Source: an uncultured Chthoniobacterales bacterium
GTDB taxonomy: Bacteria; Verrucomicrobiota; Verrucomicrobiia; Chthoniobacterales; CALDSX01
Direction of reading: 5' to 3'
Length of the DNA: 64,000 nucleotides
NCBI GenBank assembly: GCA_937924445.1
Contig: CALDSX010000009.1
Coordinates: 25,141-89,140, forward strand
Below are positions 48,546 to 57,145 of the stretch, piece by piece. Both the position numbers and the translations under genes were made by a program. Below the pieces are notes generated by a model that made no database searches, was not told where the DNA came from, and saw only the letters and a list, made by a program, of their open reading frames with translations. Within the stretch, counting starts at the first letter, position 1, and every line of letters starts with the position of its first letter.

Positions 48546-48953
48546 ATGATCGTCCGCCGCCGATCCCACGAGGAAGTCAGCTTTCAACTGGCTCCTATGA
48601 TTGACATGACTTTCCTCCTGCTGGTCTTCTTCATGGTCACGACCAAAATCAGCAAGGAACAGCTCAAAATGGATATCAAACTCCCGAAGGCCTCTCATGC
48701 CGAGATCCCCAAAGACCTCTCCAACCGCGACATCATTAACATTAGCGCCAACGGGGATTACTATCTTGGTGACCGTCTGCACTCGACCAAAGAGATGGCT
48801 GAATATTTGAAAAACCGGTTTATCAATTTTCCACCGCTGCGGATTTATGTTCGTGCGGATCACAACACGCCGGCAAAGAAAATAAAAGAACTCATGCGGC
48901 TGGCCACCGAGGCCGGAGCCATTGATGTGATTTTCGGTTCTTACCAGGATTAA
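48546..48953 (+). CDS. exbD: ExbD/TolR-family biopolymer transport protein
   Basis: 135 aa. N-terminal FQLAPMIDMTFLLLVFFMVT with the conserved Asp in the TM. Confidence 0.9.
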   Translation: MIVRRRSHEEVSFQLAPMIDMTFLLLVFFMVTTKISKEQLKMDIKLPKASHAEIPKDLSNRDIINISANGDYYLGDRLHSTKEMAEYLKNRFINFPPLRIYVRADHNTPAKKIKELMRLATEAGAIDVIFGSYQD

Positions 48954-48998
48954 CGTTATGGTCTGCTTCTGCCCACGTCAGCAAACCAACCCTGCCCG

Positions 48999-49448
48999 AT
49001 GAGACTCAACCGACGAGATCTCGGCACGGTCGAGATTCAGATGGGGCCCATGATTGACATGGTCTTCCTGCTCCTTGTTTTCTTCATGGTGACAGCCAAA
49101 CCCACTAAGCAGGAGGCCGACATAGGTCTCAAGCTTCCGGGCACTGTTACCCAGGAAGAGGCTTTGGAAATGCCTGACGAGCAAAGAATCGTAATACAAG
49201 CCAATGGTCAGGTAGTTCTTAACGATGCTCCCATCGATAGCCACAACAGCAGTGACCTGCCGCGCCTTCTGGCCACCCTCGCACGCTTCAAAAAAACGGC
49301 CGACGCCAACCGATCCGAAGCGCTCGTAACAATCGACCCTCACGACAGCGTCCCACATCAGCGGATTGTGGATGTGCTCAACACCTGCGCGAAGGCGGAG
49401 ATCACCGGGGTGACTTTTGCCGACAGCCCACCTGGGGAGGAGGAATAA
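48999..49448 (+). CDS. exbD: ExbD/TolR-family biopolymer transport protein (second paralogue)
   Basis: 149 aa. IQMGPMIDMVFLLLVFFMVT, and HQRIVDVLNTCAKAEI in the periplasmic domain. Confidence 0.9.
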   Translation: MRLNRRDLGTVEIQMGPMIDMVFLLLVFFMVTAKPTKQEADIGLKLPGTVTQEEALEMPDEQRIVIQANGQVVLNDAPIDSHNSSDLPRLLATLARFKKTADANRSEALVTIDPHDSVPHQRIVDVLNTCAKAEITGVTFADSPPGEEE

Positions 49449-49452
49449 TCCA

Positions 49453-50586
49453 ATGCCTATCGCTGCCACACCTCTCTTATCAACCAGACCTAAAAAACCG
49501 CACACACCGCCTGACGTCGCACGCCGACGCAAAGTCATCACATCCGTCATTACATTATCTCTCCTGATCCATTTAGTCGCCGGGCTCGGGGCCGGGCTTT
49601 TCATTGTGGCCAAATATGTGTTCCAACAGCCGGCCAAATTCGAGGTGAAAAAAGACATCCGCCTCCCGGCAAAAGAGCGAGAGCATCGGATGAACATGGC
49701 TGAATTTGACGCCATGACACCCAAACCGGTTTTCAACGAAAAGCTCGCTAGTCTGCGCCCAACAAATTTTGCATTGCCTGATCTTCCGAAAGTCCCGCTG
49801 GACCAAATGCTCCCGCTCGATCCTGCCTCAATTATTTCGGATCAAGTCAGCAGTCTGGTCGGCGCGGCGGGAAGTGGCTCCGGCGGTGCGGGCTCCGATG
49901 GTCTGGGTGGATTCGGATCTGGCATGAGCTTTTTCGGCATTAAAGACACGGGCCGTTCCGTCTTGATTATGATTGATGTGTCCGATTCGATGTTCGGACG
50001 AACCGGAGATTATGATTATCACACAAGAAGTAAACTTCGCGAAGGAAAAGAGCAGAGCTTTCAGGCCGTTCGCAACGAGGCCATCAAGTTAATCGATGGG
50101 CTTGGGATTAATACTCGCTTTGGGATTGTCCGCTGGTCTGGCGGGGCCTACAGTTGGCGTCAGGAACTGGTGCCCGCCACAGATCAGAACAAAGAGGCCG
50201 CCCGGAAGCACATCCAGGAGCAGGTGGATGTCAAAACTGCCGCACCTAGGGATGGCCGTCCAGGGGGCACACGCCATGATTACGCGTTGGAGGAAGCCTT
50301 CCGGCTTAAGCCGGAAATCATTTTTATGCTCACTGATGGGAACGCTACTGAACCAAAAGGCGGGCGTGGAGAAATCTCCCCTATCCCGGCCCGGCGCATT
50401 TATGAAGTCGCCGAATCAGGTCAGCGCGGACTCGAAAAACCCGCGCGGCTCCATGTGATTTACTACTTAACTGGCGAAGCCAAAAACGAGGAGGAACGGA
50501 TGCTTCGCGGTCTCGCATCTCGTAACGGCGGCAAATTTTCTAAAATCAAAGCACCTCGCCTGCCCTCTCCAACGGAGCGGAGGTAA
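49453..50586 (+). CDS. Membrane-anchored VWA (MIDAS) domain protein occupying the TonB position
   Basis: 377 aa from the ATG at 49453, 4 nt after the exbD stop. Basic N-terminus. One TM (VITLSLLIHLVAGLGAGLFIVA). A Pro/Lys-rich then Gly/Ser-rich linker. VLIMIDVSDSMFG (DxSxS) and FMLTDGNAT are typical of VWA domains. No TonB C-terminal motif recognised. Confidence 0.75.
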   Translation: MPIAATPLLSTRPKKPHTPPDVARRRKVITSVITLSLLIHLVAGLGAGLFIVAKYVFQQPAKFEVKKDIRLPAKEREHRMNMAEFDAMTPKPVFNEKLASLRPTNFALPDLPKVPLDQMLPLDPASIISDQVSSLVGAAGSGSGGAGSDGLGGFGSGMSFFGIKDTGRSVLIMIDVSDSMFGRTGDYDYHTRSKLREGKEQSFQAVRNEAIKLIDGLGINTRFGIVRWSGGAYSWRQELVPATDQNKEAARKHIQEQVDVKTAAPRDGRPGGTRHDYALEEAFRLKPEIIFMLTDGNATEPKGGRGEISPIPARRIYEVAESGQRGLEKPARLHVIYYLTGEAKNEEERMLRGLASRNGGKFSKIKAPRLPSPTERR

Positions 50587-50770
50587 TCGCGGCCAGAGCG
50601 AGAAATAATTTAAAGGCTTCTGCCCGACTCGTGTTGAAAGGGAAAAAAACCGAGTATTTTGCACTCGCAGTCATCCATCCGTCGAGGTAGAGTTGGCGGT
50701 TTGTCGTTGGATCTTTCCGCTTTATTCCACCCGCAGACATAACCCCATGTTTTTCGAACGACCTTTTTGA

Positions 50771-51760
50771 ATGAATATTTTTGAACATGTTCTTTTCGAA
50801 ATTCGCTCCGCACGCTCGGTTTTGATTGTCTCTCATGTTCGGCCTGACGGCGACGCTATCGGCTCGACTGTTGCGCTGGCGCGCTCGCTGAAGTTGGCAG
50901 GCCTAAAAGTTGTTGCCTGGAACGAGGATGGCGTGCCCGAGCGGTTGCTGTTTCTCGACCCGGACGGGGCAGTGACACGCCCGGATACCTATTGCGGTCA
51001 GTTTGACCTTGTCATCGCCCTTGATACCGCGACCAAGAAGCGTCTTGGCGAGCGAACGCTGGCAGCAATCTCTGAGGCTTGTCCCGACGAGGCCCCCCGC
51101 TGGATTAACATTGATCATCACGTCACAAACGCCCGTTTTGGGGATCTGAACCTCATTGATACTGAAGCACCTGCCACAGCGCAGATTGTTTTTGATCTCA
51201 TTCAAGTGGCAAATTTGCCGCTCGATGCCATCACCGCCGGAGCGCTGTTTGTTGCCCTTTCAACCGATACCGGATCATTTCAATATTCCCTAACCACAGC
51301 GGCCACCTTCGAGACCGGAGCCGCTCTGATCCGAGCGGGTGCAGACGTCGGCAAGCTTAGCACGCTTGTGTATGATTCCATGCCAAAAAGGCGTTTTGAT
51401 CTCATGCGACGGCTGCTCAGCTCGGTTGAATTTCATTTTGACGGTCTCTGTGCCTGCATGACAGCGTTACGCCGTGATTTTGCCGACACCGGGGCTCAGC
51501 CGGAGGACACTGAGGATATGATCAACCTTATCCGCGCCATTAACTCTGTAGTGGTCGCCCTCTTCGTTGAAGAACTCGACGACGGGATGGTGCGCATCAG
51601 TATGCGGTCGAAAGCTCCCGCCCTTGACGTCTCAATGATTTGCTCAAAACTTGGTGGTGGCGGACATTCTGCGGCCGCAGGTGCCCGTAAACGCGGCAGG
51701 GTCGAAGACGTTCGCAACGAAGTTCTCGCTCTTATTCATGAAAGCCTCCAACGAAATTGA
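50771..51760 (+). CDS. nrnA: DHH/DHHA1 phosphoesterase (NrnA-like oligoribonuclease / pAp phosphatase)
   Basis: SHVRPDGDAIGS, NIDHHVTN (DHH), and C-terminal GGGHSAAAG (DHHA1). Confidence 0.85.
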   Translation: MNIFEHVLFEIRSARSVLIVSHVRPDGDAIGSTVALARSLKLAGLKVVAWNEDGVPERLLFLDPDGAVTRPDTYCGQFDLVIALDTATKKRLGERTLAAISEACPDEAPRWINIDHHVTNARFGDLNLIDTEAPATAQIVFDLIQVANLPLDAITAGALFVALSTDTGSFQYSLTTAATFETGAALIRAGADVGKLSTLVYDSMPKRRFDLMRRLLSSVEFHFDGLCACMTALRRDFADTGAQPEDTEDMINLIRAINSVVVALFVEELDDGMVRISMRSKAPALDVSMICSKLGGGGHSAAAGARKRGRVEDVRNEVLALIHESLQRN

Positions 51761-52460
51761 CGGGGTTCTGCTCGTTGACAAAGCCCCGGGCATGACCTCG
51801 CATGACGTCGTCGCTATGGTGCGTCGCACTCTCAACATCAGGAAAGTTGGCCATTGCGGAACGCTTGATCCGATGGCCACCGGCCTGCTCATCGTAGTTG
51901 TGGGACGTGGGACAAAGATCCAGGATCTACTTATGAGCGAGGACAAGGAGTATGAAGGAACTCTTACTCTAGGTCAGACAACTTCAACTCAGGATCGGGA
52001 GGGCGAAGTTTTGGAGGTTCGCGAAGTACCCCCTTTTACAAATGAACAAATCGCGGCGGCTTTTGCCAAGTTTCAGGGTGATTTCTACCAACTACCGCCG
52101 ATGGTTTCTGCTATTAAAAAGGATGGCGTGCCGCTGTATAAATTGGCACGCAAAGGTCAGGTAATCGAGCGCGAACCCCGATTTGTCAGCGTTACGGCCC
52201 ACCGGATACTTTCTATAAACCTGCCCGAAATCGGCTTTCGCGTCTTGTGCAGTAAAGGTTTTTACGTCAGGACCTATGCGCATGACATCGGTCAGGCGCT
52301 CGGCTGTGGGGCACACCTTTCCTCACTGCGTCGCACCCGCTCGGGTAAGTTTGATCTCTCACGGGCGGTCAGCATCGATTTGCTAAAACCCGAAAACCGC
52401 CTCGAGGTTATTGAAAAAATGTTTTCGCTACCTGAGGTATCTCTGCTCCGCGGAGCGTAA
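51738..52460 (+). CDS. truB: tRNA pseudouridine(55) synthase
   Basis: GVLLVDKAPGMTSHDVV and GHCGTLDPMATGLL (catalytic Asp). The track ORF opens at 51651. The Met at 51738 gives the canonical N-terminus and overlaps the nrnA end by 23 nt. Confidence 0.95.
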   Translation: MKASNEIDGVLLVDKAPGMTSHDVVAMVRRTLNIRKVGHCGTLDPMATGLLIVVVGRGTKIQDLLMSEDKEYEGTLTLGQTTSTQDREGEVLEVREVPPFTNEQIAAAFAKFQGDFYQLPPMVSAIKKDGVPLYKLARKGQVIEREPRFVSVTAHRILSINLPEIGFRVLCSKGFYVRTYAHDIGQALGCGAHLSSLRRTRSGKFDLSRAVSIDLLKPENRLEVIEKMFSLPEVSLLRGA

Positions 52461-52465
52461 TCGGC

Positions 52466-53407
52466 ATGTGGATTGGTGATGACATTCGCGATCTGGCGCG
52501 TTTGGGCAGCTCTGTGCATCTGGCAATCGGAGTGTTTGACGGCCTCCATTTGGGGCATCGGGCGGTCATTGATCTTGCCACGGCGAGCGCCGCCGAGATG
52601 GGTGGCCATGCGGTGGTGGTGACGTTCGAACCGCATCCGGCCACTGTCCTCCGCCCTGAAGCCGCTCCTGCCCTGCTGACATGTCGCGAGCAAAAGCTCA
52701 GGCTATTCCGGGAGGTCGGCGTCCGTCATGCGTTGTTGCTCCGGTTCGATCGTGAAATGGCCAAGTTATCGGGAGAGGAGTTTCTCGATGAAATAATGGG
52801 TGCGGCTCTGCATTTGGCAAGCGTCACGGTCGGCCCCGACTGGCGGTTTGGCGCGGGACGATCGGGTGATACCGAATTACTGAGACGTTTTGGCCTCGAA
52901 CGGGGATTCCGCGTGCGCGTGGCGGAGCAAGTGGAGATCGAGGGTGAGCGTGTCAGCTCAACAGCCATTCGTCGGATGATTGCCGCCGGAGAACTGGAGC
53001 GTGCGGCACGTTTTTTGGGACGAAACTTTTCACTGTTTGGTCATGTGGTGCATGGGGCGGGTCGCGGGCGTTCCATCGGTTTTCCGACTGCCAACGTCCA
53101 ACCATCGAACGGCCTACTCCCTCCCGACGGTGTCTATGCCGCAACGGTGCTCGCAGGATTTGCTCAGATACCCTCTGTGCTAAATTTAGGTACCAGGCCC
53201 ACGGTTAATCTGAGCGGCAAAAGGTTGTTGGAAGTGCATCTGCTTGATTTTGATGGCGATCTCTATGGCCATGAAATCGAGGTTATTTTCGAGGCATTCC
53301 TCCGAAGCGAACAGCGTTTTGATTCGATTGAGGCGCTCTCGCGACAGATTCGCGAGGATATCGCAACGGCCCGGCGCATTTTTCGCTCCCGATCTGCTGA
53401 GCGGTAA
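52466..53407 (+). CDS. ribF: Bifunctional riboflavin kinase / FMN adenylyltransferase
   Basis: IGVFDGLHLGHRAVI, GRSIGFPTANV, and EVHLLDFDGDLYG. 313 aa. Conserved truB-ribF order. Confidence 0.95.
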   Translation: MWIGDDIRDLARLGSSVHLAIGVFDGLHLGHRAVIDLATASAAEMGGHAVVVTFEPHPATVLRPEAAPALLTCREQKLRLFREVGVRHALLLRFDREMAKLSGEEFLDEIMGAALHLASVTVGPDWRFGAGRSGDTELLRRFGLERGFRVRVAEQVEIEGERVSSTAIRRMIAAGELERAARFLGRNFSLFGHVVHGAGRGRSIGFPTANVQPSNGLLPPDGVYAATVLAGFAQIPSVLNLGTRPTVNLSGKRLLEVHLLDFDGDLYGHEIEVIFEAFLRSEQRFDSIEALSRQIREDIATARRIFRSRSAER

Positions 53408-53410
53408 ATC

Positions 53411-54532
53411 TCAGCCTCTTTCTGGAAAGAGGCTCAAAATTTCCGCCTCTGACGCGCCGCAGATGCCTCTTTCTGTGATCAGACCGGTTACGAGGCGGGC
53501 GGGAGTGACATCGAACCCGGGATTTGCGGCAGGACTCGATGCGTTTGAGATGTGGACGTTCACCTCCCGTCCCTCAAACCATCCGGCAGCATGGGTGACT
53601 TCAACTGCAGACCGTTCCTCAATCGGAATCTGCGCGAGCCCATCGGATATTTTCCAGTCAAAACTGCTGGAGGGCAGCGCGACGTAGAAAGGGATATCAT
53701 TGTCACGAGCCGCGAGTGCCTTGAGATAGGTGCCGATTTTGTTCGCCACATCGCCGGTGCGCGTGGTGCGGTCGGTCCCAACCAGCACCAAATCCACAAG
53801 TCCACGTTGCATGAGATGTCCCCCCGCATTGTCGGCGATCACACAATGAGAGACACCGTGACTTGCTAGTTCCCAGGCGGTAAGTCGCGCACCCTGACAA
53901 CGTGGACGTGTTTCGTCCACCCACACGTGAACAGGAATGCCCGCATCATGGGCCGCATATATGGGTGCGGTAGCGGAACCAAAATCTACAAACGCCAGCC
54001 AGCCGGCATTGCAATGAGTAAGAATATTTATCGGGCGCGCCAAACCGATGCGTTCTTTTCGCAATTTCTGGATGAGTTGAAGCCCGTGGCGCCCAATTGC
54101 CTCACAACAAGCGGCATCTTCATCGGCGACTTTGCAGGCCTCTTCGAGAGCTGCTTCGATGACAGCCTCGCCGGATCCGGCAGCCAATATTCTGGAACAA
54201 ACGCGTTCCACTGCCCAAGCCAGGTTGACCGCTGTGGGGCGGGTGGATTTTAAAAATTCCGCTGCCGACTGGAGTTGTTCATTCAGGCGTAATGGATCGG
54301 ATAAATGTGCAGATGAGAGTTTAGTAACAGCCAGATAGATGCCAAACGCAGCGGCTGCGCCAATCAAACCCGCTCCGCGGACGTGCATGTCACGAATCGC
54401 TGTTGCAACCTCTGTGCAACTTGTTAAGTCTTCAAACACCAACCGGTGCGGCAGCCAACGCTGGTCAATAATGCGAACCTGACCGGGTGCATCGAGCCAT
54501 ATCGTTCGATAGTTCTTGCCGTATATTTTCAT
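53411..54532 (-). CDS. mtnA: S-methyl-5-thioribose-1-phosphate isomerase
   Basis: IIDQRWLPH, the THCNAG block and GTDRTTRTGDVANKIGTY are typical MtnA / eIF-2B-related blocks. The ORF opens at 54718, but the Met of MKIYGKNYRTIWLD at 54532 is the canonical start. Confidence 0.92.
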   Translation of the reverse strand: MKIYGKNYRTIWLDAPGQVRIIDQRWLPHRLVFEDLTSCTEVATAIRDMHVRGAGLIGAAAAFGIYLAVTKLSSAHLSDPLRLNEQLQSAAEFLKSTRPTAVNLAWAVERVCSRILAAGSGEAVIEAALEEACKVADEDAACCEAIGRHGLQLIQKLRKERIGLARPINILTHCNAGWLAFVDFGSATAPIYAAHDAGIPVHVWVDETRPRCQGARLTAWELASHGVSHCVIADNAGGHLMQRGLVDLVLVGTDRTTRTGDVANKIGTYLKALAARDNDIPFYVALPSSSFDWKISDGLAQIPIEERSAVEVTHAAGWFEGREVNVHISNASSPAANPGFDVTPARLVTGLITERGICGASEAEILSLFPERG

Positions 54533-54563
54533 ATCCGCACGCCTGACCTTCGTGAAAAAAGGA

Positions 54564-54797
54564 TCAACGGAAGAATTTCGGTGCATCCATGACCGATTCT
54601 GCGCTCTGCGGCAGCGCATCTGGTTTTTCCTGATCGGCCGGTTTTTTTTGTTTATCGAAGTGTTCGCCCTGCTTTTCTGTTTTAACCGCCTCTTCACCCC
54701 AGACAACTTTAGGGTCATGTTTGTCGCAGGCGGTTGTAAATAACGATGCGGAGGCGCTTGCGGCGGCCAACATAAGCAAGGAAAAGCGGTTTTTCAT
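54564..54797 (-). CDS. Small putative lipoprotein
   Basis: 77 aa. Signal peptide plus lipobox (LFTTAC) followed by a Lys/Glu/Asp-rich tail. It lies 31 nt upstream of mtnA on the same strand. Confidence 0.5.
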   Translation of the reverse strand: MKNRFSLLMLAAASASASLFTTACDKHDPKVVWGEEAVKTEKQGEHFDKQKKPADQEKPDALPQSAESVMDAPKFFR

Positions 54798-54895
54798 AGG
54801 TCGCGACCAACTAGAACGTCGCTGGCAAGGAAGTCAACGTCAGGATGTAGGAACGAGGTGTTTGCCTTTCGATTGATGCGTGAGATAGTCAGTCT

Positions 54896-55957
54896 ATGAA
54901 CCCGCTTGAGGAAGAGACAAAGGCCTATAATGGCCTGCACCTTGACAGAAGAGAGTTTCTCAAATTCCTGACAGGCACCGTCACGCTCGGAGGGGCGTCT
55001 GCTTTGTTCCCGCTCTCCACACAGGCCGCAACCGGGAGGTCAGACCGGCATGGGCCGCTCTTGCCCTGCCGTAAATTCGGCCGAGCACCAGTCGAGGTGA
55101 CATCACTATGCGTGGGTGGTGACCATCTTCAATCGGCGATGGATCGCGCTGGAGCGGAGCGTCTGATCGAGACGGCGATCAGTGAGGGGGTGCGCTTTTT
55201 CGACAATGCAGAGAGCTACGGAACTGGCGAGAGCGAAACACGGCTTGGCATGTTTCTTTGTCCGAAGTTTAGAGACGAAATTTTTCTAATGACCAAGAGC
55301 CGGGCCCGATCGGCGAACGACGCACGCCAACACCTTGAAGATTCGCTGAAACGGTTGAGAACGGATCGGATTGATTTATGGCAAATCCACTCTCTGGAAA
55401 ATGCCCAGGATGTGGACCAACTCATCGAAGCCGGTGTTTTGGATGTTTTCCTTGACGCAAAGGCATCCGGGAAGGTGCGCTTTATTGGATTTACCGGTCA
55501 TGCCCGATATTCCGCCATGCTTCGGATGCTGCAGCGTCTGAAGGAAATTGGGGTGGAGATGGATGCCTGCCAAATGCCGATGAACGTGGTTGATCCGAAT
55601 TATGAGAGTTTCATTCTCAACGTTCTCCCAGAGCTTTTGTCACGCGGCTATGCGGTGCTCGCCATGAAAACCCTCGCCTACGGACAGTTTTTCGGGCGGC
55701 GCACAAGCTGGAAATGGAACCGCCCGGGCGTGCCCGGGCGGTTGGTTGGCGATTGCCTGTCTCTTTCCGAAGCGCTGGGCTTTGTGTGGTCACTGCCCAT
55801 CACCTCACTTGTGAGTGGAACTGCCAACGCTGAAGAGTTGCGAATTAACGCGGAGGTCTGCCGCAGTGTTCCGCGATTCAGCAAAGAAGAACGCAACCAG
55901 TTCATCAAACGAGCTACCGAATTTGCGGGCCCGCAGATGGAGTTTTACAAAGCCTGA
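54896..55957 (+). CDS. Aldo/keto reductase with twin-arginine (Tat) signal peptide
   Basis: DRREFLKF twin-Arg motif, then the h-region LTGTVTLGGASALFPLS and TQA-A. AKR blocks FFDNAESYGTGESETRLG and RLRTDRIDLWQIHS. Confidence 0.88.
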   Translation: MNPLEEETKAYNGLHLDRREFLKFLTGTVTLGGASALFPLSTQAATGRSDRHGPLLPCRKFGRAPVEVTSLCVGGDHLQSAMDRAGAERLIETAISEGVRFFDNAESYGTGESETRLGMFLCPKFRDEIFLMTKSRARSANDARQHLEDSLKRLRTDRIDLWQIHSLENAQDVDQLIEAGVLDVFLDAKASGKVRFIGFTGHARYSAMLRMLQRLKEIGVEMDACQMPMNVVDPNYESFILNVLPELLSRGYAVLAMKTLAYGQFFGRRTSWKWNRPGVPGRLVGDCLSLSEALGFVWSLPITSLVSGTANAEELRINAEVCRSVPRFSKEERNQFIKRATEFAGPQMEFYKA

Positions 55958-56158
55958 TCCAACTGAAATTTGCCAGCGATCGGATCAATCTCAATGCAAC
56001 GGTTCTGCGCGCGGGAAGGAGGGGCATTTGCTGCTTCCCGGAGCGACAAGCAGCGAGAGAAACGAGGACGTAAGCCACGTTATGGGCTGATGAGAAATGC
56101 CATTTTGTTCTGATTTTTACTTGAGCGAGATCAACGCTGCTGCTATTCCGACCGAATC

Positions 56159-57142
56159 ATGACAATACTTGTTACCGGCGGTGCCGGTTTTATCGGATCA
56201 AACTTTCTCCGTCATATCCTCGGCCACTATGGTCAGTTCAAAATCGTGAATGTGGACGCACTGACCTATGCTGGCAACGAAAGTAACCTAGCAGGGCTCC
56301 ACGAATCGTACTGCGACCGCTATGAATTCTTCAAAGCAGATATCGCCGATGCCAAGCGTATGGAGGAAATCTTTTCGCATACGAAATATTATGCGGTGGT
56401 AAACTTCGCTGCGGAGAGTCACGTGGATCGTAGTATTGAAAATCCGCAAAATTTTATTCACACAAACATTGTTGGCACCAGCGTTTTGCTTGATGCAGCA
56501 CGGCGCCATGGCGTTCGGCGTTTTCTTCAGGTTTCTACAGACGAAGTTTACGGTTCCCTTGGTTTAGAAGGCCGCTTCACGGAGGAATCTCCCCTGAAAC
56601 CCAGTTCCCCCTATTCCGCCAGCAAAACTGCGGCCGATCTTCTTGCCCTGGCCTGTTATCATACCTACGGCCAGGATGTCATCGTCACCCGTTGCTCAAA
56701 TAACTACGGCCCGTTTCAATTCCCCGAAAAACTCATACCGCTGATGATTGCCACCGCGCTGGCTGACAAACCATTGCCTGTTTATGGCGACGGTCTGAAC
56801 GTCCGGGATTGGATACACGTCGAGGATCATTGCACAGCCGTCATCTCAGTTCTGCTTAAGGGGCGCGCTGGAGAGATTTACAATATCGGTGCCGACTCTG
56901 AAATGCGGAACATAGACGTTGTGAAAGCAATTCTACATCTGCTCGACAAACCAGAGTCGCTTATCTCTTACGTCAAAGACCGCCCGGGTCACGACCGGCG
57001 GTATGCTATTGATTCCTCAAAAATCCGGAGCGAAATCGGCTGGAAACCGATGCGTGCGTTTGCCGATGGACTTGCCGCAACTGTTCGCTGGTATCTTGAC
57101 AATCGTTCCTGGTGGGAGCCCCTCATCAAACGCTCACTCTGA
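56159..57142 (+). CDS. rfbB: dTDP-glucose 4,6-dehydratase
   Basis: ILVTGGAGFIGSNF, STDEVYG, and YSASK catalytic motif. 327 aa. Confidence 0.95.
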   Translation: MTILVTGGAGFIGSNFLRHILGHYGQFKIVNVDALTYAGNESNLAGLHESYCDRYEFFKADIADAKRMEEIFSHTKYYAVVNFAAESHVDRSIENPQNFIHTNIVGTSVLLDAARRHGVRRFLQVSTDEVYGSLGLEGRFTEESPLKPSSPYSASKTAADLLALACYHTYGQDVIVTRCSNNYGPFQFPEKLIPLMIATALADKPLPVYGDGLNVRDWIHVEDHCTAVISVLLKGRAGEIYNIGADSEMRNIDVVKAILHLLDKPESLISYVKDRPGHDRRYAIDSSKIRSEIGWKPMRAFADGLAATVRWYLDNRSWWEPLIKRSL

Positions 57143-57145
57143 GAG

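Noticed and set aside
56012-56040. A 7-bp stem-loop CGGGAAG-N15-CTTCCCG after the aldo/keto reductase gene, considered as a terminator.
   Set aside because: The loop is large (15 nt) and no T-run follows. It may still be a weak or factor-dependent terminator, but the evidence is too thin for a feature call.
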